Of a stretch of DNA of 64,000 nt, positions 12,318 to 25,595 are shown one piece after another. How positions within the stretch are numbered: position 1 is the first letter of the stretch; each line of letters begins with the position of its first letter. Where the stretch lies: assembly GCA_964016885.1 (NCBI GenBank), contig OZ024751.1, forward strand, positions 27,156,001 through 27,220,000, given 5' to 3'. The position numbers and the translations under genes were made by a program. The notes beneath the pieces were generated by a model, which was not told the origin of the DNA, did not search any database, and worked only from the letters and a program-made list of their open reading frames with translations. The stretch comes from Eledone cirrhosa. Its lineage: Eukaryota.

Positions 12318-13000
12318 TCATCATCACCATCATCATCATCGTTGAACATCTATCTTCTACACTAACATGGGTTAGGCAGGAATTGTCTCACTTGAGGCAA
12401 GATTGATCGGGTGACCGGGTCTCGCTCATATATATATATATGCACACATCATATGCTATAAAGTGGTAGTGTTGGTGACATGATAAAATACACCCTGACC
12501 ACATCATAAACTGGCAGTGATAGTACTACAAGAAAATGCACCTGTTTCCCTTTGTTAACATGGTAGTGCTGATGTCACAGTAAAATGTACTCAGTACACA
12601 CTGTAAAGTGGTCAGCATTAAGAAGGACTTCCAGCTGTAGAAACCATGCAAAACTGAAAGGTATGGTCATCTGACTTATCTAAATAAATCAGAACGTGAC
12701 AAACCATATCACTCATGCCAGTGAGAAGAAAAGATGTAAAACAGTGATGTTAATGATGATGATTATGATGATAATATATATGCACACACACATACACACA
12801 AATACACACACATACACACACATACACATACACACACACAAACATGCACTAAGCGAGAATTTAAACCCTCATAGCTTTGTTACATAGGTTTCAATTATTT
12901 CTAGAATAGCTTCAGGCAACATTTAACACAATGACACCAGGTGTAATATTAAATCCTTCAATACATATAATATATGGAAGAGTTAATAGTGTAGTAAATA

Positions 13001-13036
<36 letters not shown>

Positions 13037-13675
13037 AACGAATTGAATATTATTATTAATATTCAAAAAACTCAGATCTCATTTATATATATATATATAT
13101 ATATATATGTGTATATATTTATGTTTTGTGATTCACCAATGGATAGAACTGGTCATTCCATTTAGTTAATCATGATGTTTTAGTAGGAAAAGCACTCTAT
13201 GTTATGCAACTCATCCATCTTTGATGTTGAATCTCGTGGCTGGGACAGGAACAGAGTTAAATTTGATTAAAACAACATTCGGAGATGGTCTGCCATAACA
13301 GTAACACTGATTTTGCAGGTCATCTCCAAATCAAATATTTTTTCTATTCTCTGTTTGTGTTTGCCATGATTCCTTTTATCAATTAACTAATTATTCAATC
13401 CACACCTGATGATGTCACTAGGGTCTTATGTAACCAGGCCATTGAAATATATATAGTGTTTTTCGAAACAATAAAATTTAAAGGAATATCCCATGTCCGG
13501 CCCCCTGTTATTGTAATCAAATTTATTTATATTTGGCATTAGGAAGGGCATCCAGCCATAGAAATCTAGCCAGAAACAGTCATATATGAGCAAGACATGG
13601 TCACCTGACCGACCTTGCCTCTAATGGGACAAACCCATCTAACCCATGCTAGCATGGAAAATAAATGTTAAATGA

Positions 13676-13719
<44 letters not shown>

Positions 13720-14164
13720 ATAATAATAAATTTGAAGACTAAAATCCAAAGATAAGGATAAATATATATCAAATATATAAGAACCGTAGAGCAAATATTT
13801 ATTAAAATAACAGATTAAAGTTTAAGCAAAGAATCGCTGCTTTCACCCTTAACGGGATCTTCTAAAACTCATATATATATATATATATATGTATATGTGC
13901 AAGCATGGAAAAGCAGGCATAAAAGCGATGGTAATATATATATATGGTAAAGACCTCCCAGTCCACACTGTAAATGTGGTTGGTGTTAGGAAGGGCATCC
14001 AGTCATAGAAAACCCGCCAGACAGTCCTATACGAGTGAGACATGATCACCCGACCAATCTTGCCTCAAGTGGGACAATTCCCATCTAAACCCATGTTAGC
14101 GTGGAAGATAGATGTTAAACGATGATGATGATGATGATGATGATATATATGTGTGTGTGTGTGT

Positions 14165-14884
14165 GAAAGTCAAAAATTATCTGCACTCTAGTTTTTTTCA
14201 ATTTATATACACAAAAGCATGGGTTAAACAAATATGTAATTTTTCTACATAGTTTCCTTCCTTTTCGATGTACTTGATCCAGTGGTCCACAAGCTAGTGT
14301 ATTCCCTCCAAGAAGGTTTGTGGTTGGCCATGCAACCATTTATGCACCACTTCCTGAATTTATGGAAGCCGAGCTCAATGAGGATAAATTGAAAGGCAGA
14401 ACCATGACTAATCTGCAGAGAACATGCTATCTCATTGGTGATAAGTTGCCGCTTCACCATTAGCATCTCCTGAGTTTGCTGAATCTTCTTATAAGTGGTG
14501 GAGGTTGACAGGTGTCGTGTTCCTTCTTCATGTGTCATGCTTGTCCAGCCACTTTTAAACTTCTCAATCCACTCATATATACTTCTATGCAGTAGAGCAC
14601 TGTCACTTTATTGTGTTAAAAGCCTCTGATGAATGTCAGCTCCAGACACACCTTCTGACGAGAGAAATCAGATCGCTGCTCTTTGTCCTTTCTTCATGCA
14701 TACTAGTAGCAGAGAGGCCATGTTTACACTGTAACAGCAGCAAGAAAACTGGCGCAATCAAGTTCAAACTTTGATCACGTGACCACAATAGTACCAACTA
14801 TAAGCACGCATGAGCCAAAGACAGTATGACAAACCTAAAGATGTGTTACGGTGAAAGTGCAGATAATTTTTTTACTTACCCTTG
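14165..14884 (-). mobile_element. Internally deleted mariner-type DNA transposon
   Basis: TIR remnants AAGTCAAAAATTATCTGCACT (14167) and AGTGCAGATAATTTTTTTACTTACCCTTG-TA (to 14884); degraded transposase N-terminus (IYEWIEKFKSG...NEIACSLQISHGSAFQFILIELGFHK); DDD domain missing. Confidence 0.85.
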
Positions 14885-15754
14885 TATATATATATATGTA
14901 TGTATGTATCATCATCATCATCATCATCATCGTTTAACGTCTATCTTCCACGCTAGCATGGGTTAGACGGGAATTGTCCCACTTGAGGCAAGATTGGTCG
15001 GATGACTGTGTCTCGCTCATATAGGACTATCTGGCAGGTTTTCTATGGCTGGATGCCCTTCCTAACACCAACCACATTTACAGTGTGGACTGGGAGCTTT
15101 TTACCGTGTTACCTACACAACCACATTACAGCATGGACTGTGTGTTTTTTTTTTTGTCGTGACACCTACACGACCTCATTAGTTTGGACTGGATGTTGTG
15201 GTATATATATCTATATATATATATATATATATCATCAATATCATCATCGTCAACTAACATCTATCTTCCACGCTAGCATGGGTGGGACAGGTTTGTCCCA
15301 ATTAGAGGCAAGATGGGTTGGGTGACCATGTCTTGCTCATATAGGAGAGTTTCTGGCTGATTTTCTATGGCTGGATGCCCTTTCTAACACTAACCACATA
15401 GATAGTGCGTGCTGGGTGCTTTTTGCCATGTCTTTTATATGTCCACTTTACAGTGTGGACTGTGTGTTTTGGGGCTGATTTTCTACGGCTGGAAGCCCTT
15501 CCTAATGCCAACCACATTTACAGTGTGTGCTGGATACTTTTTGTTGTGACACACACATGTTCACTTTACAGTGTGGGGTGGATGTTCTTTACAGTGTGGA
15601 CTGGGCACCTTTGTTGTGTCAGTGAGACAACACAGTAGGAACTAGGGAGGGTGGAGGGGCTTGGGGGGAAAAGATATGGTCAGGGTAGTAGGGGAGGTAT
15701 GGTTACTGCTAAGGGAGGTGGATGAGAGGGGATAGCAGATTGAGGAATATATAT

Positions 15755-16024
15755 ATTTGTTTTGCAAGGTTTTTGATATGTGATCATGTGTTGAAACAAA
15801 TATTGTTACATTTGGCGAAGTCATGTTGTTATAGTATTGCCAGAAATATATAGTAAAACACACTCACTTTTTGGTTTGGGTTGGTTTTCACTTCTGTATA
15901 TTTTATATTTCTATAATTTTATATCTCAAATGTACGGAAGCAAAAACGAACCCAAACCAAAAAATGAGTGTGTTTTATTATATATTTCTGGCAATATTAT
16001 AAAAACATGACCCTCCCCAAATAT

Positions 16025-16032
<8 letters not shown>
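15755..16032. mobile_element. Fold-back element family D (about 105-bp imperfect arms plus about 45-bp tail) in TA tracts
   Basis: 15800-15903 is the diverged reverse complement of 15928-16032. Confidence 0.75.
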
Positions 16033-16055
<23 letters not shown>

Positions 16056-16412
16056 CGATGGTAAGTAAAATAACTCCTTGTTAGTTGTGAGATTGAGTAC
16101 TCAATACCATAGTAGAGATAAATATAATGATATTTCATTAAAGCTAAGTCAGGAGTGTTACCTGGTGCATGGAACAACAGGTCACTGACCTAAGAAAATT
16201 AATAATAATACATACATATCTCTCTCTCTATATATATATATATATATACTGGTATTTACTGTCACCTTTTGTTTGCATTGTTCAACATATTCATATATGA
16301 CCACCTTACACGATGGACTGGGTGCTTGTATATATAAATGTACATATATATAACATATATATAAATATATATATAACATATAAATATATATATAACATAT
16401 AAATATATATAT

Positions 16413-16479
<67 letters not shown>

Positions 16480-16759
16480 TCATCGTTTTTATGTCCATTT
16501 TTCCATGCTTGCATGGGTTGGATGGGTCCTTCTCAGCACAGCATCTCTCCACTCACCATGTTTCTTCATCATCTCTGTGAGTCTCAGAGATTTGTGGTTT
16601 GCCCTCACCACCACAGCTCAGGTCTTTCTCGGTCTACTTCTGTTGCAGCTTCCATCCACTGGCATTTCCTGGCACTTCTTCATCATCATCATCATCATCA
16701 TCATCATCGTCATTTAACGTCCATCTTCCACGCTAGCATGGGTTAGACGGTTTTGTTCC

Positions 16760-17580
16760 ATTTGCTTCAGTTTTCTCCAGTCAATGCATGTCTTATGCAG
16801 TCACAGTCCATGTTGCACTACCATGCAGCATTGCACTTCACACAGGCGTCATACAGTTATCCCTTTGTATGTATGGAAAAATCTTTTGTTCACAAAACTT
16901 CTTCCATCCTATCCTTATTCTAGCTATTATACTCTTGGGCACCCTCCTCTACTGGTGATTAAGTCACCTACATAGCAGCAGATACCAACCACTTCTATGG
17001 CCCCTTCCTGTGATTGAAGGGGTTTGTATCACTGCCGCTCTTTCCCTCGATTACTTCTGTGCATCTTCTACATACAAAGTCTTCTTTTCCTGTTAGTCTA
17101 CCCATTATCCCACTACATCTCTTATGTTCCCAAGATTTACATAGTGTATACCAAATGGAGTTTATGCCTACTCCTTTTTGACATATAGAGCAGGACCACT
17201 TCTCTGAAGGGGTCAGGGTCTTATCTTCTTTCCTACATACTAGAACTTCAGTTTTGGCTCAGGCCTTTTGATTCCAAATTCTGTTTTCATAGTCAGAACT
17301 TATTTTCCAGTTCTTTTATGGAGCCGGTCATAAGGATCAGATAGAGAAGTTCCCATCAGCAGCCAGTTTTAAACATCTCTGTTGTGGCCTGGGGAACTAT
17401 GATGAATAGCAGTGAGATAAGAACCAAACCTTGATGAACTCCTACCTGTACCTTAAATTCCTCACTAAACTCACCTCCTTCTACATTCTTCTACATCTAT
17501 TTCTTTAACGACCACCAAATAATAGATTGAGGTACTCTGTCAAAGGCCTTTTTCTAGATCAACAAAAGCTAGGTTCTCTC
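16760..17580 (-). mobile_element. Decayed RTE-clade LINE RT region
   Basis: Minus strand gives LAFVDLEKAFDRVP, VGVHQG, WELLY and RTE C-terminal similarity, with frameshifts. Confidence 0.75.
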
Positions 17581-17964
17581 TGGCACTGGTCTCTAGTACC
17601 CCCATTTTTCTAGTTATTCATGGCTGTCTCTTGGCTGTAATGGCTGTATTCACTGTGCTGTTCCCCCACCAGGTTGGTGTGCTACTCCAGCCACAAGTCT
17701 CGCCAGTAGTTTGCAAAATGTTGTGTTGTAGGAATTTCCAGTTGTCCTCACCCCTCTCATCTACTGCCTCCTGTAGGGCCTTTCTAAATCTATATTTAAC
17801 AGAAAGGTCCTTTAGATTCCAATCTCTCGGTCCCTATATTATCCTACATATCTTGTTTTGTCTTGTGTTTATTTTGACGTTGCTAATAACTAACTGGCTG
17901 GTGCATTCTTCCCTAGGCTATATATATATACATATATATACATATCATCATCATCATCATCATT

Positions 17965-18207
17965 TCAGTGAGTGCTGGGTGCTTTTTTGCGTGGCACCTG
18001 CACGACCACTTTGCAGTGGAATGATAGGGACCCCAGTCTCTATCATCTCATTTCTTCAGCTGAGTAAACTGGAGCAATGTGAAATAAAGTGTCTTGCTCA
18101 AGGAAACAACACATCTCCCAGTCTGAGAATTGAACTCACAACCCTTCGATTGCAAGGCCAATGCTCTAACCACTAAGCCATGTGCCTCCCTAAGCCATGT
18201 GCCTCCA
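17965..18207 (-). mobile_element. SINE family 2 copy
   Basis: Reverse complement of the 5790 unit; its 5' head is duplicated. Confidence 0.85.
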
Positions 18208-18242
18208 TATATATATATGTGTGTGTGTGTGTATGTATGTGT

Positions 18243-18421
18243 GTCCCGATTTCAATCGGGGGTAACCACAGAAAGTAAGGTACTCAATACATAGTAGAGT
18301 ATATACAATATCTAATATAGAAATGGCTTCTACAGACCTAGAACTGTTTCATTTGAAGGAAATCATCGGGAAAGCCTGATGATTTCCTTCTAGTCCTGTA
18401 GAAGCCATTTCTATATTAAAT

Positions 18422-18430
<9 letters not shown>
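18243..18430 (-). mobile_element. Fold-back element family A with hammerhead-like motif (18326-18375)
   Basis: Minus: GCTTTC CCGATGA TTTCCTTCAAAT GAAA CAG TTCTAGGT CTG TA GAAGC; inverted partial copy at 18375-18430; homologs at 22757 and 48331. Confidence 0.7.
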
Positions 18431-18468
<38 letters not shown>

Positions 18469-19455
18469 GCATGGTAAGGTTGTTATGGGGTTGTATATGC
18501 ATACATATCTTATGCCAGCAGGAGAAATGGATGTTAAATGATGATGATATACATAGTCTTTCTTATATTCTTTGAGAGACTTCAGTCATTTGACTGTGGC
18601 CATGCTGGGACAATGCCTTGAAGAGATTTAATCAATCATATTGTCCCCAGTAATTACATTTTCAAATCTGATACTTATGTTTTTACCGCTCTCTTTTTGT
18701 CAGGTTGCCAAAAGACAAAGGCATAGATACATGTATAAATACAGACACACACATATGTGTATATGTATATATATATATATATTCTGGTGTTACGCAGTAA
18801 TACAGAAGACCTGACTTCCCACAGGTACAGGCCAAAAGTGAAGCACATATTTATATATATACTATGCACCACCCTACCCCACCCTCCTATACATCTCCCA
18901 CAAGGGCAGTATGAAGTATATATCCAGTGAAGCCCCCTGCCCACACTGTAAAGTGGTCATGATGGTGACATGGCAAAAAGTGCCTAGCCCACACTGTAAA
19001 GTGGTTGTGTAGGCGTCACAACAAAAAGCACCAAGTACTCACTGTAATTGAGGTTGGCACTAGGAAGGGCATCCAGCTATAGAAACCAAGCCAAAATTGG
19101 TTCTCAATGAGCAAGACATGGTCACCTGACCATGTCATTGCTCACAACAGAATAACTCATCTAACCCATGACAGCGTGGAAAAGGAGACTTGTGATGATG
19201 ATCATGATGATTATAACATTGCACAGAGGAAATGACAAAGGACTGCATTGAGTGAAGGGTTTCTGTGCTGGAAAAGACCTGTCCAACCCATGCAAACATG
19301 GAAAAAAAACAAATGTAAAATGATGATGATAAACATATATATATATATATATTGGTGAAGGACTGTCACAAATGGAGTGATGATGTGCTGGAAAGAACCC
19401 GTCCCACCCTTGCAAGCAGGGAAAAGCGGACATAAAATGATGATGACGGTGATGA

Positions 19456-19498
<43 letters not shown>

Positions 19499-20713
19499 AA
19501 GTGTTTCTGTGGGAAAAGCAAAGGAATTCGTAGAGCACTCTCCTTTCCTTTATATATATATATATACACAACATCCAGGCCGAAACAAATGAGATCGTGT
19601 AGGTGTCACGACAATAAAACACACAGTCCACGCTGTAATGTGGCCGTGTAGGCAACACGGTAAAAACCTCCCAGCCCCACACTGTAAATGTGGTTGGTGT
19701 TAGGAAGGGCATCCAACTGTAGAAAACCCGCCAGACAGTCCTATGCGAGCAAGACAACCACTCTTGCCTCAAGTGGGAAAACCCCCGTCCAAACCCATGC
19801 AAGCGTGGAACACGGACGCTAAACCTGATGATGATGATGATGATGATGATATATATATATATATATATATAGTTGAAAATGAACGAACAAAACACAGGAG
19901 GGAATTGTACACAGTTATATTAGGTTCATGATATATGGATATATATATATATATTTATTCGGGTTTGAAGGTTCACCACTGGATAGGGCTGGTCAATTTG
20001 TGTGCATATATACGTATATATGAATATATATATATATGCACACAATGAGTTTCTGAGGTTTGTGTCAACCAAATTCCACTAGCATGGCATTGATCAACCT
20101 AAGACTATAGAAGAAGACACTAGCCCAAGTTGCCAAACAATGGGAATCAAAACAGATATGGTTACGAAACCTTCAACACACAGCCATACCTATACTTCTA
20201 TAATTATTAGTGTGTCTCGTTTGGAATTAGTACAGCATATCTCTATATGTTGTAAGAGGTTACTAACAAGGTTGGTGCCAGGAAGTGTATCTTAACATAG
20301 AACATTAAATCAAAAAGGACCCCATGGTGAATAGAAAGCTTATCATTGAGCCAGCTTCTTGTATATAAGTATATAATTATGTATGTATATATAGATGTGT
20401 GTGTGTGAATACATATATATGTGTAATATACACACATTATCATATATTGAGTTCAAATCCCGCCAATGTTGACTTTGCCTTTCATCCTTACGGGGTCGAT
20501 AAAATAAAGTACCAGTAATGTACTGGGTATTTGCTGGCCTTGTGCCAATAGTAGAAACAATTATCATATATATATATACATATATATATATGTTAATGTT
20601 TGTATATTACATAGAGTGTATCTGTATGTGTATATTTATATATACACATACATACACTGTGGTGTCTCCTCAACCCGAGCAGATAAATCTTTACACATAT
20701 ATACATATGTTAA

Positions 20714-20760
<47 letters not shown>

Positions 20761-20904
20761 CATATATATACATATATATGATAATGTATGTATATTACAT
20801 GCAGTCTGTATAAAACCTGTCCCTATTCAATGTCTAACATGAATGTGTAAATATGAAGGTAGCAGTTTCAAATACCTCCTTATTCAGGTAACTCTCGATG
20901 TATT

Positions 20905-21740
20905 GGTAGTGTTGGTAGTGGTAGAGGTAGTGGTGGTGGTAGTAGTGGTGGTGGCGGTGGTGGTGGTGGTAGTGGTAGTAGTGGTGATGGTGGTGGTGGT
21001 AGTGGTGGTGGTGGTAGTAGTGGTAGTGGTGGTCGTAGTAGTGGTAGAGGTAGTGGTGGTGGTAGTAGTGGTGGTGGTGGTGGTGGTGGTGGTGGTGGTG
21101 GTGGTAGTGGTAGTAGTGGTAGTAGTAGTAGTGGTGGTGGTAGTGGTGGTGGTGGTAGTGGTGGTGGTGGTGGTGGTGGTGGTGGTGGTAGTGGTGGTGG
21201 TGGTAGTGGTGGTGGTGGTGGTGGTGGTGGTGGTGGTAGTGGTGGTGGTGGGAGTGGTAGTAGTGGTGGTGGTGGTGGTGGTAGTAGTGGTAGTAGTAGT
21301 GGTGGTGGTGGTAGTGGTAGTGGTGGTGGTGATAGTAGTGGTGGTGGTAGTGGTAGTAGTGGTGGTGGTGGTAGTAGTGGTAGTAGTTGTGGTGGTGGTA
21401 GTGGTGGTGGTGGTGGTGGTAGTGGTGGTGGTAGTAGTGGTAGTAGTTGTGGTGGTGGTAGTTGTGTTGGTGGTGGTAGTAGTAGTGGTAGTAGTAGTAG
21501 TGGTGGTAGTAATGGCGATGGTGGTACTGGTGGTAGTAGTAGTAGTAGTAGTGGTAGGGGTGGTGGTGGAAGTAGTAGTAGCAGTAGTAATGGCAGTAGT
21601 AGAAGCAGTGTTAGGGGTGCTAGAGATAGTAGTAGTAGTAGCAGCAGTAGTAGTAGTGGTTGTGGTGCTAGAGATGGTAGTAGTAGTAGTACTAGTAGTA
21701 ATGGTAGTATTAGTAGCGGTGGTAGTGGTGCTAGAGATGA

Positions 21741-21778
<38 letters not shown>

Positions 21779-21817
21779 ATGGTAGTATTAGTAGCGGTGG
21801 TAGTGGTGCTAGAGATG

Positions 21818-21866
<49 letters not shown>

Positions 21867-21889
21867 CGGTGGTAGTGGTGCTAGAGATG

Positions 21890-21940
<51 letters not shown>

Positions 21941-21979
21941 ATGGTAGTATTAGTAGCGGTGGTAGTGGTGCTAGAGATG

Positions 21980-22018
<39 letters not shown>

Positions 22019-22062
22019 ATGGTAGTATTAGTAGCGGTGGTAGTGGTGCTAGAGATGGTAGC

Positions 22063-22099
<37 letters not shown>

Positions 22100-22345
22100 A
22101 TGGTAGTTGTGCTAGAGATGGTAGTAGTTGTAGTAGTAGTAGTAGTAGTAGTAATGGTAGTATTAGTAGCGGTGGTAGTGGTGCTAGAGCTGGTAGTAGT
22201 TGTAGTAGTAGTAGTAGTAGTAGTAGTAATGGTAGTATTAGTAGCGGTGGTAGTGGTGCTAGAGATGGTAGTAGTAGTTGTAGTAGTAGTAGTAGTAGTA
22301 ATGGTAGTATTAGTAGCGGTGGTAGTGGTGCTAGAGATGGTAGTG

Positions 22346-22387
<42 letters not shown>

Positions 22388-22470
22388 ATGGTAGTATTAG
22401 TAGCGGTGGTAGTGGTGCTAGAGATGGTAGTAGTAGTAGTAGTAGCAGCAGCAGCAGCAGCAGCAGCAGT
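20905..22470. repeat. 1.6-kb (GTG/GTA)n trinucleotide tract with a higher-order unit in its right half
   Basis: Direct reading; ATGGTAGTATTAGTAGCGGTGGTAGTGGTGCTAGAGATG recurs about 9 times. Confidence 0.95.
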
Positions 22471-22756
22471 AGTCACAGCTGTAGTGAAAGCGGCAATTAT
22501 AATAAGTGTAATGAAGATTTGGTAATGAGGTTAAGAAGCCCGAGAGTAACTGGGAGGGAGTGGAAGATGATTTGAGGGCTTTCATGCATTTATCATTGGC
22601 TCTAATCCCTATAATTCTGCTGACAATGTCACTATCAAGCCCCTCCACCACCACCACCACCACCACCACCACCACCACCAAACGCACACCCACCCACACA
22701 CACACATATATATATGTGATGATGATGATGATGATGATATATATACATATATGTGA

Positions 22757-22965
22757 TTCTCAGGTTCAATTGGGGGTAACCACAGTAAGTGAAGTACTCA
22801 ATACATTAGTAGAGTATGTACAAAATGTAATATAGAAATGGGTTTTACAGGACTAGAACTGTTTCATTCGAAGGAAATTATCAGGAAAGCACTTCCATTA
22901 TAATTTACTTCAAATGAAACAGTTCTAGTCCTGTAGAAGCCATTTCTATATTAAATTTTGCATAT
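22757..22965 (-). mobile_element. Fold-back element family A copy with hammerhead-like motif (22841-22890)
   Basis: Minus: GCTTTC CTGATAA TTTC CTTC GAAT GAAA CAG TTCTAGTC CTG TA; inverted copy at about 22900-22965; TA flanks. Confidence 0.7.
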
Positions 22966-22983
22966 ATATATATATATATATGC

Positions 22984-23036
<53 letters not shown>

Positions 23037-23455
23037 CGTATATATATATATATATATATATATACGTATATACGTATATATATATATATATATATATACG
23101 TATATATATATATATACACATATGTATACATATATATATATATACATACACATATGTATACATATATATATATATACATATATATATGTATACATATATA
23201 TATATATACATATATATATATACACATATATATACACATATATATACATATATATATATATATACACATATATATATACATATATATATATATATACACA
23301 TATATATACATATATATATATATGTATATATATATGTATATATATGTATATATATATATAAATATACATATATATATATACATATATATATATACATATA
23401 TATATATACATACATACATACATATATATATATACATACATACATACATATACAT
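22962..23455. repeat. (TA)n/(CA) microsatellite
   Basis: Direct reading. Confidence 0.95.
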
Positions 23456-23603
23456 AGGGGAAAGTATGACCCCGACGGCAGAGCTCAAGCCGTTTCGCCG
23501 GCTATTTCGTCCATATTTTCCCCTATTTTCCACTCTTCTACCCCAAGTATTGAGTACTCTGGTGCGTTATGATCCATCTGGTTCCTTACCACAACTCCTT
23601 CGT

Positions 23604-23607
<4 letters not shown>
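23455..23607 (+). mobile_element. Fold-back element family B copy
   Basis: Inverted 5' part reads CGAAACGGC TTGAGCTCT GCCGTC GGGG on the minus strand; tail GTATTGAGTACTCTGGTGCGTTATG...TTCCTTACC shared with 29222, 48070 and 49971. Confidence 0.7.
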
Positions 23608-23694
<87 letters not shown>

Positions 23695-23924
23695 GAGTTT
23701 AGACTAGTAAGACCATTGTTTAGCTAGGTACTCAATACTTGGGACAGTAAAGTGTAGGTCTTGTAAAGTGTGAGTGCCCGACAGCTGAGCTGTTGTCATC
23801 CCCACACCAAATGGATCCACCCAGCAGCATCAGAATGGCAGCAGCTCAGTCGTTGGACAGTAGCTGTTTACAATAAATATATATATATGTGTATATATAG
23901 TAGAGGTATATGGAGAGATGGGTG

Positions 23925-24439
23925 GATAGGTGGATAGGTAGATAGGTAGGTAGATAGGTAGGTAGGTAGGTAGGTAGAGAGTGATAGATAGATAGATAGG
24001 TTTCTTTATTAGCCACAGGGGCACAAAAGAAGGGGACACATACAAAGGGGGAAGTTTACATACAATAAAAACGTGTAAAAGATAGATAGATAGATAGATA
24101 TATAGGTAGATATAGTGATATATAGTTATATAGATATAGATAGGTAGATAGATAGATATATAGATAGATATAGGTAGATATAGTGATATATAGTTATATA
24201 GATATAGATAGGTAAATAGATAGATATATAGGTAGATATAGGTAGATATAGTGATATAGATATAGACACATAGATAGGTAGATAGATAGATATATAGATA
24301 GATATAGTGATATATAGTTATATAGATATAGACAGATAGATAGGTAGATAGATAGATATATAGATAGATATAGTGATATATAGTTATATAGATATATAGA
24401 TATATAGGTAGATAGATATAGAGTGATATATAGATATAG

Positions 24440-24470
<31 letters not shown>

Positions 24471-24705
24471 AAGACAGATAGATAGGTAGATAAACAGACA
24501 GACAGAGATATATAGATATATATAGATAGATAGATAGATAGATAGACAGATAGATAGATAGATATAGATAGATTAGATAGATAGATAGATAGATCGATAG
24601 ATAGATAGATAGATCGATATATAGATAGACAGATCGATAGAGAGTTATTGAAAGAAAGAGGGATGTGATAAGTAATGTGACAGACAGACAGACAGACAGA
24701 CAGAC
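23925..24705. repeat. (GATA/TAGG/GACA)n microsatellite complex
   Basis: Direct reading. Confidence 0.9.
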
Positions 24706-24738
24706 AATCAAAAGTGACAAGACAGGTGATCGACTTAC

Positions 24739-24974
24739 CTGACTCGTGTGGTTTCGTCCATTTGTATTTGTTTGGCTCTGTCAATAACGGATCGAATCTG
24801 AGCGATCTCGTCCTCTGTCAGGTGACTAAGATCCGGTTGAGGGGGTTCAACAGGGGACGAGTGCTGGCTTGAGGCCGCTGATGACCGACGAACAGATCCG
24901 AACGAGTATACAGAGTGACCTTCCGATGCTGGGGTAGTCGCATTAGACGCAGGCTGGCTGGTTTCGTTTCCCAT
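24739..24974 (-). CDS. First coding exon of a Piccolo/RIM-family presynaptic active-zone protein (N-terminal Rab-binding-type helix)
   Basis: MGNETSQ start resembles Piccolo/Bassoon MGNE(A/V)S; [22 protein letters not shown] matches the RIM/Piccolo/rabphilin DLSxLxEEE helix; consensus donor CAG|GTAAGT at 24739/24738 (phase 2), so the ORF's TAA is intronic; complex GC-richer island amid repeats. Confidence 0.85.
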
Positions 24975-25278
24975 ACTAGACCCTATTTCCCCTTCTCTTG
25001 GGGAACCCTTCTTATTAAAGCTAGGGGTGACGGGTGGCAGTCACCGTCTCACAATATTTCTCTCTATTTTAAATGTGTATAATGATATATATGTGTATAC
25101 AATGTGTATAATGATACATATGTATATAATGATATATATGTATACATATGTCGCCTCTTCTTTGTGTGGTATCTATGTTTATATGTGTAATAAACAATAT
25201 ATACGTCCGTGTGTGTGTTGGTATATGTGTGTGTGTATCTGTGTATTGCTTTCACTCTCTCTTTCTATCTCCTTCTCT

Positions 25279-25333
<55 letters not shown>

Positions 25334-25352
25334 GTTTTCTCTATCTCTCTCT

Positions 25353-25399
<47 letters not shown>

Positions 25400-25495
25400 G
25401 TTTTTTTTTTATTCTCTCTCCTTTGGTGTGTCTACTTTCACTTTCACTATATGTGTTCTCCCTATCTTATATATCTCCATCATATATATATATAT

Positions 25496-25595
<100 letters not shown>

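Noticed and set aside
20843-22525. 560-aa poly-Val and 530-aa poly-Thr (mucin-like) ORFs
   Set aside because: Stop-free frames of a (GTG/GTA)n tract; no signal peptide, splice context or complex sequence.
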